A DNA stretch of 64,000 nt from Candidatus Galligastranaerophilus intestinavium. Its GTDB lineage: Bacteria > Cyanobacteriota > Vampirovibrionia > Gastranaerophilales > Gastranaerophilaceae. The position numbers and the translations under genes were made by a program. The DNA is taken from NCBI GenBank assembly GCA_018716625.1, contig DVJQ01000042.1, forward strand, positions 61 through 64,060, written 5' to 3'. Below, in pieces: positions 45,532 to 55,795 of the stretch. The notes beneath the pieces were generated by a model that was given only the letters and a program-made list of their open reading frames with translations, was not told the DNA's origin and searched no databases. Numbering within the stretch: the first letter of the stretch is position 1; every line of letters begins with the position of its first letter.

Positions 45532-46269
45532 CTAAATAACCTCAAAACCATATTTTACAAATTTATTTCTTATTCCCTGCACAAGTTCTTTCTTTGGTTC
45601 ATCAACGTCTAATTTGTATTCAAGGCCGAGCTTTTGCCATTTCTCGATGCCCATTTTGTGATAAGGTAAAAGCTCGACTTTTTCAATAATCGCCCTATAT
45701 TTATCCAAAAATTCTATTAACTTGTCTATATATTTTTCATCCGTTGTAAAACTTGGTACAAGAACCTGTCTTATGCGAGTTTTTTTATTAATCGAATAAA
45801 GATAATCAAGAAAATCTAAAACTTTTTTATTATCTTTGCCCGTAAGTTTTAAATGCATTTGCGAATCAAGATGCTTTATATCAAGCATTACAAGATCACA
45901 AAGTGTAATTGCGTTCTTGATATCGTCGCTTAAATCAACATAGCCGCACGTATCAAGACAGGTGTGTATCTTTATCTCTTTTAGTTTTTTAAATAAACTA
46001 AGTACAAAACCGGCCTGCAAAAGTGGCTCACCGCCTGAGAGCGTCACTCCTCCGCCTGAAAAATTGAAAAAATCTTTATATTTTAAAATGTCGTTGTAAA
46101 CACTATCAACAGTCTTTGCGCCAAGAGAATTTTTAAACCAAGTATCGGGGTTGTGACAGTACAGGCATCTAAAAGGGCACATTTGCATAAAAATTACATA
46201 TCTTACCCCCGGCCCGTCGAGCGTTCCGCCCGTTAAAACAGAATGTATATAACCCAGTTTATCTGTCAT
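45532..46269 (-). CDS. pflA: pyruvate formate-lyase activating enzyme
   Basis: DGPGVRYVIFMQMCPFRCLYCHNPDT and SGGGVTLSGGEPLLQ. Confidence 0.9.
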   Translation of the reverse strand: MTDKLGYIHSVLTGGTLDGPGVRYVIFMQMCPFRCLYCHNPDTWFKNSLGAKTVDSVYNDILKYKDFFNFSGGGVTLSGGEPLLQAGFVLSLFKKLKEIKIHTCLDTCGYVDLSDDIKNAITLCDLVMLDIKHLDSQMHLKLTGKDNKKVLDFLDYLYSINKKTRIRQVLVPSFTTDEKYIDKLIEFLDKYRAIIEKVELLPYHKMGIEKWQKLGLEYKLDVDEPKKELVQGIRNKFVKYGFEVI

Positions 46270-46288
46270 AGCAATATTTTAATACAAA

Positions 46289-46317
46289 TCGGCGCAAGAT
46301 GTTAAACCCTGCGCCGA
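46289..46317 (-). terminator. hairpin between pflB and pflA (attenuator or terminator candidate)
   Basis: Minus strand: TCGGCGCA - 13-nt loop - TGCGCCGA followed by TTTGTATT. Confidence 0.4.
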
Positions 46318-46330
46318 ATATTTGTTTTCA

Positions 46331-48583
46331 TTAGAAACGATTATGGAATGTTCTTGAAATAACATCCTCTTGTTGTGCTCTTGTCAATTTAATGAAATTG
46401 ACCGCATAACCTGAAACTCTTATTGTGAGCTGCGGATAGTTTTCAGGATGATCCATAGCGTCAATAAGCGTTTCTCTGTCTAAAACGTTAACGTTAATAT
46501 GCTGACCCATATTTGTCATATAGCCGTCAAGCATACCTTTTAAGTTATTAATCTTTTCATCCTCAGTTTTTCCAAGTGAGTTTGGAATAATGGAGAATGT
46601 GTTTGAAATTCCGTCTTTTGCGTGTTTGAAGGGCAATTTTGCAACAGAGCAAAGTGAAGCAAGCGCACCGCACTCATCTCTGCCATGCAGCGGGTTTGCA
46701 CCCGGGGCAAAAGGAACATTTGCCTTTCTGCCATCAGGCGTATTACCTGTCTTTTTACCGTAAACAACGTTTGATGTAATGGTTAAAATTGATTGTGTAG
46801 GAATTGCGTTTCTGTATGTAGGCAATTGTTCAATTTTGCTCATAAACTTCTCAACGAGTTTTGTTGCAATTTCATCAACCCTATCATCATTGTTACCGAA
46901 TTTCGGGAAATCGCCTTCAATTTCAAAATCAACTGCAATACCTTGTTCGTTTCTGATTGGTTTTACTTTTGCATACTTAATAGCGCTTAGCGAGTCAACA
47001 GTTACAGAAAATCCTGCGATACCGCAGCCCAATTTTCTTACAACATTTTGTTCCATTAATGCAAGTTGAGCTTTTTCATAGTAGTATTTGTCGTGCATAT
47101 AATGAATTATATTAAGCGCGTTAACATAAGTTGTTGCAAGCCATTCCATCATAGCGTCAAATTTTTTGATTACTTCATTGTAATCAAGATATTCTGATGT
47201 TATTGGCTCAAATCCGTTTGCAACTTTTACAAACGACTTTTCATCCACACCACCGTTAATTGCATATAAAAGTGCCTTTGCAAGGTTAGCGCGCGCACCA
47301 AAGAATTGCATTTCTTTGCCGATAATCATAGGCGAAACACAACATGCAATACCATAGTCATCTCCAAACATAGGACGCATCAAATCGTCATTTTCATATT
47401 GGATTGATGAAGTGTTGATGGAAAGCTTTGAGCAGAATTTTTTGAAATTATCAGGTAAATTTACTGACCACAAAACTGTCATGTTAGGTTCAGGTGCAGG
47501 TCCAAGGTTAGTAAGTGTGTGTAACATACGATAGCTGTTTTTTGTAACAAGTGTTCTACCGTCATCACCCATACCGCCAATTGACTCTGTAACCCAAACA
47601 GGGTCGCCGCTAAAGAGTTCATTATACTCCGGAGTTCTCAGGAAACGAACCATTCTTAATTTGATGATAAAATCATCCATTATCTCTTGGGCTTCCTGCT
47701 CGGTCAATGTGCCGTTTTTAATATCTCTTTCACTGTATATGTCAAGGAAAGTAGAAACTCTGCCAAGGGACATTGCAGCGCCGTTTTGGTCTTTAATTGC
47801 TGCCAAATATCCAAAATATGTCCACTGAACAGCTTCGCGGAAATTTTTAGCAGGTTGAGAAATGTCATAACCATAAGTTTGTGCCATTGTTTTCATTGCC
47901 TCAAGTGCTAAAATCTGTTCCGAGAGTTCTTCTCTTTCACGAATAATATCTGAGGTCATATTGAGTTTATCAGATGAAGATTTTTCGGCTTGTTTTTCTT
48001 CAATAAGTCTGTCAATACCATAAAGAGCAACACGTCTGTAGTCGCCTATAATTCTTCCTCTGCCGTATGCATCTGGCAAGCCTGTAATAATACCACTTTT
48101 TCTGCAAGCACGAATTTCGGGAGTATATGCCTGAAAAACGCCTTCGTTGTGAGTTTTTCTGTATTTTGTGAAAATTTCTTTTACTTTTTCATCTTCTTTC
48201 AGTCCATACGCCTTACAGGAAGCTTCAACCATTCTATGACCACCCCAAGGCATAATAGCTCTTTTCAAAGGTGCATCTGTTTGCAGACCTACAATAAGCT
48301 CATTATCCTTGTCAATGTAGCCTGCAGCGTATGCGTCAATTTGAGATGGAGTTGATACATCAGCATCCAAAAGGCCATTGTTTTCATGTTCTTTTTTCAT
48401 TAACTCTTTTACTTGTGACCATATATTTAGAGTCCTTTGTGTAGGTTCTGCTAAAAAGCTGTCATCTCCAAGATAAGGCGTGTAGTTATTCTGAATAAAA
48501 TCAACCACATCAATTGATTCAGTCCAAGATCCGCCGTTAAAACCCTGCCAACAAGGCATTGTTTTTTCTAATGTACATTCCAT
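46331..48583 (-). CDS. pflB: formate C-acetyltransferase (pyruvate formate-lyase)
   Basis: Active-site GIACCVSP, glycyl-radical motif [11 protein letters not shown] near the C-terminus, 750 aa. Confidence 0.95.
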   Translation of the reverse strand: MECTLEKTMPCWQGFNGGSWTESIDVVDFIQNNYTPYLGDDSFLAEPTQRTLNIWSQVKELMKKEHENNGLLDADVSTPSQIDAYAAGYIDKDNELIVGLQTDAPLKRAIMPWGGHRMVEASCKAYGLKEDEKVKEIFTKYRKTHNEGVFQAYTPEIRACRKSGIITGLPDAYGRGRIIGDYRRVALYGIDRLIEEKQAEKSSSDKLNMTSDIIREREELSEQILALEAMKTMAQTYGYDISQPAKNFREAVQWTYFGYLAAIKDQNGAAMSLGRVSTFLDIYSERDIKNGTLTEQEAQEIMDDFIIKLRMVRFLRTPEYNELFSGDPVWVTESIGGMGDDGRTLVTKNSYRMLHTLTNLGPAPEPNMTVLWSVNLPDNFKKFCSKLSINTSSIQYENDDLMRPMFGDDYGIACCVSPMIIGKEMQFFGARANLAKALLYAINGGVDEKSFVKVANGFEPITSEYLDYNEVIKKFDAMMEWLATTYVNALNIIHYMHDKYYYEKAQLALMEQNVVRKLGCGIAGFSVTVDSLSAIKYAKVKPIRNEQGIAVDFEIEGDFPKFGNNDDRVDEIATKLVEKFMSKIEQLPTYRNAIPTQSILTITSNVVYGKKTGNTPDGRKANVPFAPGANPLHGRDECGALASLCSVAKLPFKHAKDGISNTFSIIPNSLGKTEDEKINNLKGMLDGYMTNMGQHINVNVLDRETLIDAMDHPENYPQLTIRVSGYAVNFIKLTRAQQEDVISRTFHNRF

Positions 48584-48833
48584 TATTGTCTCCTTTTTTT
48601 TATTTTGTTGTTTGTGTTGTTAAACAGTCAATGTCTTTAATGACACAGTTAATATGCGTTAAAATGTCATACAGCAAAATTATATTTTAGTTATAAATCA
48701 ATGTCAAATTATTAAGTTGCAACTTTAAGGTTAACTTTTGTAAAATCTCTTTTTTTAAATATACTCTGTTTGCTCTAATTTTTACAAAATTAATTAGCCC
48801 ATGACAAAAAAATATTATAAACTAGATATAACA

Positions 48834-48930
48834 ATTAAGGAAAGCAAGGGTGAAAGTCCCTCACTGGTCCGCAGCCGTTACAGTCGGAATGCTTAATTTA
48901 CGACTGATATTACGCGACTAATGAGGAGAT
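48834..48930 (+). promoter_or_regulatory. probable cobalamin riboswitch (compact, class-II-like) in the nrdD leader
   Basis: A P1-like pairing joins ATTAAG (48834-48839) and CTTAAT (48892-48897). The enclosed core is GGAAAGCAAGGGTGAAAGTCCCTCACTGGTCCGCAGCCGTTACAGTCGGAATGC, containing the GGTGAAA.TCC and CCGCA.C.GT.A elements typical of B12 elements. CCCTCA can pair with the SD region ATGAGGAG (48921-48928). Confidence 0.6.
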
Positions 48931-48936
48931 TTTAAA

Positions 48937-51195
48937 ATGCAAAATGCACTTAACAACAAAGAAAATGTTGTTACACTTAATTCGCAATTGGTAAGCGAAG
49001 CTGTAAAAAAGGCAAGAGAAGGAAGTTTAGAGTTTAAAAATCAAGTAATAGACGCGTCTTGCGCGGTACTTGAAAATCTTTTAATTGTCAAAAAGGATGG
49101 TACAAAAGAAAAGTACAATGTAAAAAAAGTGGTAAATGCGGTTAAAAAATCTGCCGCAAGAATGTTGATAACATTTGATGAAGATGAAATTTCAAGAATT
49201 TGCGATTATGTAAATAAAAGTGTCGCAAGCCTGAAAAAAGAAAGCATCAACATACTTGAAATTCATAACATTGTAGAGAGCGCACTTGAAGAGATTAATC
49301 CCAGAGTTGCTCAAAGCTACAGAAATTACAGAAATTACAAGACAGATTTTGTACATATGTTAGACAAGGTTTTCCAAGAAAGCCAAAAAATTATGTACAT
49401 TGGGGACAAAGAAAATTCAAACTCGGATTCTGCTTTAGTTTCTACAAAAAGATCACTTATATTTAACCAATTAAATAAAGAATTATATAAAAAATTCTTC
49501 CTGACGGTTGATGACCTGCAGGCTATAAGAGAAGGTTATATATACATTCATGATATGTCAGCAAGACGCGATACCATGAACTGCTGCCTGTTTGATGTTT
49601 CGACCGTCTTAAAAGGCGGCTTTGAAATGGGTAATCTTTGGTATAACGAACCAAAAACCCTTGATGTTGCCTTTGATGTTATAGGTGACATTGTAATGGC
49701 TGCCGCAAGTCAACAATATGGTGGCTTTACCGTTGCAGAAGTTGATAAAATCCTTGCACCGTATGCTCAAAAGTCATATGAAAAAAACTATGACAGATAT
49801 GTTTGTCTTGGTTTGCCTTTTGAAAAGGCGCGCGAAGAAGCACTGAATGACGTTAAACATGATTTTGAACAAGGTTTTCAAGGCTGGGAGTACAAATTTA
49901 ACACAGTTGCCTCCTCTCGAGGCGATTACCCGTTCATTACAATGACTTTTGGTCTTGGTACGGGCGAATTTGAAAAAATGGCCTCTCTTATAATGCTTAA
50001 AACAAGAGAAGGCGGACAAGGTAAAAAATCTTGCAAAAAGCCTGTTTTATTTCCAAAGCTTGTGTTTTTGTTTGATAAAAATCTTCACGGTGAAGGCTGC
50101 GAACTCTACGAACTGTACAAAGCAGGAGTTGAATGTTCAAAAAAAGCAATGTACCCCGATTGGCTCTCTTTAACAGGTGAAGGTTACGTTGCGTCAATTT
50201 ATAAAAAATATAAAAAAGTTATCTCTCCAATGGGCTGCAGAGCGTTCTTATCACCTTGGTTTGAACGCGGAGGAATGACTCCTGCCGATGATAACGATTC
50301 TCCGATTTTTGTGGGAAGGTTTAACATTGGGGCTGTAAGCCTGCATTTGCCAATGATTTTAGCCAAAGCAAGAAAAGAAAGTAGGGATTTCTACGAAGTT
50401 CTGGATTATTATTTGGAGTTGATTCGAAAAATTCATATAAGAACTTATGAATATTTAGGTGAAATGCGTGCTTCAATCAACCCTTTGGCGTACTGTGAGG
50501 GCGGATTTTACGGCGGACATTTAAAACCGCATGATAAAATTAAACCGCTTTTAAAAGCTGCAACAGCTTCCTTTGGAATAACCGCGCTGAACGAACTGCA
50601 AGAACTTTACAACGGTAAATCATTAGTTGAAGACGGTCAGTTTGTACTTGAAGTTATGGAGTATATAAACAAAAAAGTTGCGCAATTTAAAGAAGAAGAC
50701 GGAAATCTCTACGCTATTTACGGTACACCGGCTGAAAGCTTGTGCGGACTGCAGATTCAACAGTTTAGAAAAAAATACGGTATAATTGACAAAGTTTCAG
50801 ACAGGGGTTATGTTTCAAACAGTTTCCACTGTCATGTAAGTGAAAATATTACTCCAATTGAAAAGCAAGATATTGAAAATCGTTTCTGGAATTTGTTTAA
50901 CGGCGGAAAAATCCAATATGTTAAATATCCGGTATCGTATAATACAAAAGCCATAGAAACGCTTGTTATGCGTGCAATGGATATGGGTTTTTACGAAGGG
51001 GTAAATCTATCACTTGCATATTGCGAGGATTGCGGTCATCAAGAACTCTCAATGGACACTTGCCCAAAGTGCGGTAGCATGAATCTCACTAAAATCGACA
51101 GAATGAACGGATATCTTTCATACTCTCGCGTAAACGGCGATACCCGTTTAAACGATGCAAAAATGGAAGAGATTAAAGACAGAGTGAGTATGTAA
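48937..51195 (+). CDS. nrdD: anaerobic ribonucleoside-triphosphate reductase (class III)
   Basis: An N-terminal ATP-cone, a C-terminal CEDCGH...CPKCGS zinc site, the glycyl-radical motif RMNGYLS, 752 aa. Confidence 0.95.
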   Translation: MQNALNNKENVVTLNSQLVSEAVKKAREGSLEFKNQVIDASCAVLENLLIVKKDGTKEKYNVKKVVNAVKKSAARMLITFDEDEISRICDYVNKSVASLKKESINILEIHNIVESALEEINPRVAQSYRNYRNYKTDFVHMLDKVFQESQKIMYIGDKENSNSDSALVSTKRSLIFNQLNKELYKKFFLTVDDLQAIREGYIYIHDMSARRDTMNCCLFDVSTVLKGGFEMGNLWYNEPKTLDVAFDVIGDIVMAAASQQYGGFTVAEVDKILAPYAQKSYEKNYDRYVCLGLPFEKAREEALNDVKHDFEQGFQGWEYKFNTVASSRGDYPFITMTFGLGTGEFEKMASLIMLKTREGGQGKKSCKKPVLFPKLVFLFDKNLHGEGCELYELYKAGVECSKKAMYPDWLSLTGEGYVASIYKKYKKVISPMGCRAFLSPWFERGGMTPADDNDSPIFVGRFNIGAVSLHLPMILAKARKESRDFYEVLDYYLELIRKIHIRTYEYLGEMRASINPLAYCEGGFYGGHLKPHDKIKPLLKAATASFGITALNELQELYNGKSLVEDGQFVLEVMEYINKKVAQFKEEDGNLYAIYGTPAESLCGLQIQQFRKKYGIIDKVSDRGYVSNSFHCHVSENITPIEKQDIENRFWNLFNGGKIQYVKYPVSYNTKAIETLVMRAMDMGFYEGVNLSLAYCEDCGHQELSMDTCPKCGSMNLTKIDRMNGYLSYSRVNGDTRLNDAKMEEIKDRVSM

Positions 51196-51196
51196 G

Positions 51197-51688
51197 ATGA
51201 ATTATCATGATATAACAACGGACGATATGCTAAACGGCGACGGCCTTAGGGTAGTCTTGTGGGTTTCAGGTTGCACACACCACTGTGAAGGATGCCAGAA
51301 CCCGATAACTTGGGATATTACAGGCGGTTTGCCGTTTGATAAAAATGCGGAAGACGAACTATTTGAAAAGCTTAACAAAAATCACATAAGCGGCATTACA
51401 TTTAGCGGCGGCGACCCTTTGCACCCTATGAACAGGGATGAAGTTCTAAGGCTTATAAAAAAAGTTCATAATGACTGTCCAAATAAGACCATTTGGCTTT
51501 ATACGGGATTTTTGTGGGAAGATGTAAACAGTCTTGATGAAATAAAGTATGTAGATGTTCTCGCTGATGGAAGATTTGAAAAGGAAAATCTTGATAACAA
51601 TCTTCACTGGGTTGGTAGCCCAAATCAGCGTGTTATCAATGTAAAAGAAAGCCTAAAGACAGGCAAGGTCATTCTACATAAAAGCTAA
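51197..51688 (+). CDS. nrdG: anaerobic ribonucleotide reductase activating protein
   Basis: GDGLRVVLWVSGCTHHCEGCQNP, GITFSGGDPL, VDVLADGRF...WVGSPNQ. Confidence 0.9.
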   Translation: MNYHDITTDDMLNGDGLRVVLWVSGCTHHCEGCQNPITWDITGGLPFDKNAEDELFEKLNKNHISGITFSGGDPLHPMNRDEVLRLIKKVHNDCPNKTIWLYTGFLWEDVNSLDEIKYVDVLADGRFEKENLDNNLHWVGSPNQRVINVKESLKTGKVILHKS

Positions 51689-51814
51689 TTGTAACATTTT
51701 TGTAATATTTCCTAAATATAACTAAACTTTTAATTCTTTGTGCCGACAACAGTAGAGTAAATATGCAAAGTTAGTATAAGTATGTAATATTGTTTACTAG
51801 AAAAGGATGGCACA

Positions 51815-53692
51815 ATGAGTATGAACATTGATTTATCGTCAATTTTAACAAAAATTGCGAACGATTCAAGCTTTGTTGACGGTTCAGAAGGCAAATTTTC
51901 AAAAGGTGAAACACTTTTTATCTCCGGCACTTCTGCAAAAGGTGATATGGTGACTTTGAAAGATTCCAGCGGCGACAGCTACAATGTTTCTGCACAAGAG
52001 CTAAAAGGTTATTTAACCGACGAAGAACTACAAGCATTGATGAGCAACTCGGCAACTGTTCAGGTTGGCTCAACGGAAGCAACTTCGGCAACATCAGAAG
52101 TGAGCGAAGTAGGTGAAGTTGAAGCAACAACCGAAGTAGGCGAAACTGCCGAAGTGGGCACCACATCTGCTGCAATTCAAGACGAAATCGACAAACTTGA
52201 AGCGCAACGTCAAGCAAACCTTGACAGCATGGAAACACTCAAGGATCAAATCGAAGACTTGAAAGACGAAATCCAAGATTCTATCAACGCTGCAATTCAA
52301 GAAATGGAAGAAATCGAAGAAGAGCAGAAGAAAAAAGCTCAAGAAGTTGTAGATGAAGAGCTAAGGAAATTTCAAAACTCAAATGGCGAAATGACGCAAG
52401 ATGAGTTTAACGCAAATGTCCAAAGTCAATTAGCTGCAATTAACCCTTCAATGGGCTCAGTAATTTCAGAACTTTTAAATGCAAATACAAAAACTGCACT
52501 TATGAGCAATTTATTAGGTCAACTGGATTCAAAAGTTGCAATTGACTCACAATTATGCAGCCAAATAGATGCAAAAAACACAGAATTAGATACTGCAATC
52601 GCTCAGGAAGAAGCACAAAAGGCAGCAGAAGAAGCTCAACAACAGGCTGCACAAACTCAATCAAATTCTTGCGACCCGATTGGTTTCCAAATGGAAGCTG
52701 ACAGCGACGGCGACGGCACGGTTGGAACAGTTCAGTTCGACTTCTTCTATGATTCGGATGACGACGGAAAAATCAACTCTATGGATGACTTTGTTGGTGC
52801 AAAAGCCGATAAAGCGGGTCAAGACGGTTGGAGCGAAATTGAAAACCTTGACGGTGTCGGCGGCGAGGCAGATGGTGTAATTACTGCTGACGAGTTATCA
52901 AATGCAGGCATGAAGGTTATGGTAACCGATGAAAACGGCGAACAGTATGCAATGAGCATGGATGAGTTTGAAGCTCAATATGGTGAAATTGCAATAAATT
53001 CGCAAGACGTTGAAGCAGGCGAAGAAGGCTTTGCAAGCGGTGTTGGACCTAACAACTTTGGTACTGATGCAGACAACAAACTTCTAAGCTCATTTAACTT
53101 ATCTGTCGGAGATCAAGACTTAACTGGTTATCAAACAAGCGATACAGAGGACTGGTTGGTTGAAAACTACTCAGACGTTATGGATTTAGACTCAATTGCA
53201 GCTGAAGGCGTTGATGTTTCAGGTGTTGGCTCAGGCAGTGAAGCTGTGGGTGCTGTTGAAGGCGCAGGCTCTGCTGAAGCTCAACAATATGTCGAATTTT
53301 CAAAACAGTATCGCGAAGAAGTTCTTCCAAAACTTGAAGCTCAAATTGACGAAGCTTATGCTGAACTTGGGCTATCACAAGATGCAATTACCGCATACAA
53401 AAACATAGCAAAAGCTGAGGCTGATGTCGAAGGACAAAAAGTAGCAGATGACTTAAAAGCTCAAGAAGAAGAAAAAGCTCAACAGCTCTATGAAGAAGCT
53501 CAAGCAGCTAAGGAAGCTGAAGAAGCTGCAGCAGCCGAAGAAGAAGCCGCAGCTGAAGAAGCAGCCGAAGAAGATGCTGATGTGAGCGAAGAAGACACCC
53601 CTAATTTCGATGACTTAGAAGTCGGCGAAACGGTTGACACAACTGAAAGCACCTCGGAATTAGAAGATCTTCTTGACGAAGAAGAAGCGTAA
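51815..53692 (+). CDS. highly acidic, low-complexity protein with coiled-coil segments and EF-hand/dockerin-like DxDxDG loops
   Basis: The 625-aa protein has very many D/E residues, DSDGDGTVGTVQ and DSDDDGKINSMD loops, GEADGVITADEL, and an E/A-rich tail. Confidence 0.6.
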   Translation: MSMNIDLSSILTKIANDSSFVDGSEGKFSKGETLFISGTSAKGDMVTLKDSSGDSYNVSAQELKGYLTDEELQALMSNSATVQVGSTEATSATSEVSEVGEVEATTEVGETAEVGTTSAAIQDEIDKLEAQRQANLDSMETLKDQIEDLKDEIQDSINAAIQEMEEIEEEQKKKAQEVVDEELRKFQNSNGEMTQDEFNANVQSQLAAINPSMGSVISELLNANTKTALMSNLLGQLDSKVAIDSQLCSQIDAKNTELDTAIAQEEAQKAAEEAQQQAAQTQSNSCDPIGFQMEADSDGDGTVGTVQFDFFYDSDDDGKINSMDDFVGAKADKAGQDGWSEIENLDGVGGEADGVITADELSNAGMKVMVTDENGEQYAMSMDEFEAQYGEIAINSQDVEAGEEGFASGVGPNNFGTDADNKLLSSFNLSVGDQDLTGYQTSDTEDWLVENYSDVMDLDSIAAEGVDVSGVGSGSEAVGAVEGAGSAEAQQYVEFSKQYREEVLPKLEAQIDEAYAELGLSQDAITAYKNIAKAEADVEGQKVADDLKAQEEEKAQQLYEEAQAAKEAEEAAAAEEEAAAEEAAEEDADVSEEDTPNFDDLEVGETVDTTESTSELEDLLDEEEA

Positions 53693-53714
53693 AAACTCTT
53701 AAAAAATAGTTTTT

Positions 53715-53743
53715 AGTGCCCCTTTAAAAGGGGCACTTTTTTA
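53715..53743. terminator. bidirectional rho-independent terminator between convergent genes
   Basis: AGTGCCCCT TTAAA AGGGGCACT is flanked by an imperfect A-rich tract on the left and a T-run on the right. Confidence 0.75.
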
Positions 53744-55333
53744 TATTACGCCTCTGTGTTTAAATATACGATAATAAGCTCTGATTGTTGTTGTAATTTT
53801 CTTTCTTCGCGGCATTTTAAAGAAAAATATTAACGGAATGGCGAGTATGCACATCAGCGCAAGGAGTAAAAATACATCATAAAACGCACAAAGTTTTGCT
53901 TGAGAGAGCATTTGTTTATAAAAATAACCGTTTGCCTTTTTAGCTGCTATATAAGGCGCAAAATAAGTCATAAATTTTGTTTTCATAACCATTAATTTAT
54001 AGTGAAAATTCAAATTTGTGGTACTCAAGTATGCAACCAAATAATTTTGGTGAATTTGCGAAACGCGCGTTACAAAAGTAGAAACTGCAGAGGTTGATAT
54101 AGCTGTCACTATGTTTTTAAAAAGAGCGTGTAATCCCGCAGCATCTGCAAGTTTTGTTTTTGACAAAGTCATAAAAGCAAGTGCACTTATAGGTACAAAA
54201 GTTGTTGCAATACCTATGCCCAATATAACGTTTGGCAAAATTATGCTCTCTAATGATGAGGTATTATTTAGCCTTGAAAACATAAATACGGCTGTTGCCA
54301 TAATCACCAGTCCAATTGCTGAGAGCAATCTGTTCTCAACTTTATCTGCAACTTTACCCATAACTAAAAGTCCTATAAAACATGATATTGCACGTGGAAA
54401 AACTGCAACACCTGCAAAAAACGGGGGGTATCCAAGAATATTTTGTACAAATTGAGGTATTAAAAGCAAGGTACCATACAACATGATGTTAATAAATGAA
54501 CTTATTGCAGTTCCAACAAGAAAATTTCTGTCTTTAAATACTCTGACATCAACTATAGGTTTTTTTGTTTCAAGTTCCCAAATATAGAAAAACACAAATG
54601 ATACTATTGCCATAAGAGTGAGCCAATATATCCAGTATGTATCGAACCAATTAAACTGTTCACCTTTATCAAGGACAATTTGCATACAACCCATACCAAG
54701 AATTATTGCAAATAAACCAACATAATCCATTTGCGACTTGGGCTTCTCTTGGGGCTTATCATCACTTATAAACAATTTTATAAGTGCAAGACTCAAAAGG
54801 CAAAGAGGTATATTCATAATAAACACCCATTGCCAAGAGTAGTTATCGGTTAAATATCCTCCGACAAAAGGTCCAAAAAGAGGGGAAAACATAGCGGCAA
54901 AACCAAAAAAGCCCATTGCAACGCCTTTTTTCTCCGGAGGAAAGGTTTCAAGCAGCACTGCCTGTGCTAAGGGCAAAAGCGCACCGCCTGCAGCACCTTG
55001 GAATATACGGCACAATATCAACATGTGCAAATCCTTGCAAAGCAAGCAAAGAATGCAGCCTATACAAAAAAGACTAACGCTCCAATATGCTACACTCTTT
55101 TTTCCGCAAGCATTTACCCACCAACCAAATATAGGCAGCATTATACCGCCTGAGATAATGTATGCGGTAATAATACTGTTTGCTTCATAAGGTGTAGCAC
55201 CAAAATAACCTGCAATGTGCGGTTGACAAACATTGGTTGCAGATGATGCCACCATTGACATAAATGCAGGGAGAAGTATTGTTATTGCAACAATATACGG
55301 GTTTACTTTTTTCTCTGTTGCTTGCTTGGGCAT
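53741..55333 (-). CDS. MFS transporter, DHA2 (EmrB/QacA, 14-TMS) family
   Basis: At 530 aa it has about 14 hydrophobic segments and a motif-A-like region. Confidence 0.8.
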   Translation of the reverse strand: MPKQATEKKVNPYIVAITILLPAFMSMVASSATNVCQPHIAGYFGATPYEANSIITAYIISGGIMLPIFGWWVNACGKKSVAYWSVSLFCIGCILCLLCKDLHMLILCRIFQGAAGGALLPLAQAVLLETFPPEKKGVAMGFFGFAAMFSPLFGPFVGGYLTDNYSWQWVFIMNIPLCLLSLALIKLFISDDKPQEKPKSQMDYVGLFAIILGMGCMQIVLDKGEQFNWFDTYWIYWLTLMAIVSFVFFYIWELETKKPIVDVRVFKDRNFLVGTAISSFINIMLYGTLLLIPQFVQNILGYPPFFAGVAVFPRAISCFIGLLVMGKVADKVENRLLSAIGLVIMATAVFMFSRLNNTSSLESIILPNVILGIGIATTFVPISALAFMTLSKTKLADAAGLHALFKNIVTAISTSAVSTFVTRVSQIHQNYLVAYLSTTNLNFHYKLMVMKTKFMTYFAPYIAAKKANGYFYKQMLSQAKLCAFYDVFLLLALMCILAIPLIFFFKMPRRKKITTTIRAYYRIFKHRGVI

Positions 55334-55375
55334 AATTCTAATTCCTTTGTGTTATCATAATAACACAAAGGAATT

Positions 55376-55792
55376 CTATGAAAAGTATTTATTTTTAAAT
55401 TCGTCGTCGAAATTTTTTGTATAATATCCAGTAAACTTCTCAATTCGCAACAGCATATCTTTTGAAATTATATGCTCAATTTTACAGGCAATCTCCTGCG
55501 CCTCGTCATGCTTTGCACCGAGAACTTTTTCAAAAAAATCAGACAGCGAGTTGTGTTTTTTTATAACATCCTCCGCCGCAAGTATGCCCTGCCGTGTAAT
55601 AGAAATGGCATCATATCGCCCGTAGTTTATTAAATTTTTATCGGCAAGTTTTTTTAGCGCCTCGGTTGTTGAAGCACGGCTGACACCGAGTGCGCGCGCA
55701 ATATCTACCGCCTTTACGGTGTTATTTCTTTTATAAATCAAATACAACGCCTCAAGATAATCTTCAAGACTGGACGACAGTTTATCACTCAT
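55376..55792 (-). CDS. DtxR/MntR-family metal-dependent transcriptional regulator
   Basis: SSLEDYLEALYLIYKRNNTVKAVDIARALGVSRASTTEALKKLADKNLI is a DtxR-type wHTH, and a dimerisation domain follows. Confidence 0.8.
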   Translation of the reverse strand: MSDKLSSSLEDYLEALYLIYKRNNTVKAVDIARALGVSRASTTEALKKLADKNLINYGRYDAISITRQGILAAEDVIKKHNSLSDFFEKVLGAKHDEAQEIACKIEHIISKDMLLRIEKFTGYYTKNFDDEFKNKYFS

Positions 55793-55795
55793 TAA

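Noticed and set aside
48620-48720. Three AATGTCA/TGACA-like motifs upstream of pflB as an FNR/CRP- or Rex-type operator
   Set aside because: They show no TTGAT-N4-ATCAA or TGTGA-N6-TCACA dyad symmetry. In such AT-rich DNA the repeats could be chance.
48821-48836. An NrdR box upstream of nrdD (ACTAGATATAACAATT)
   Set aside because: It is a poor palindrome with a poor match to the NrdR consensus, and there is no second box at the usual spacing. The leader is better explained by the cobalamin-riboswitch-like core.
51918-53408. ORFs antisense to, or in alternative frames of, the acidic protein gene (51918-52342, 52680-52880, 53178-53408)
   Set aside because: They are artefacts of the GAA/GCT-rich repetitive coding sequence.
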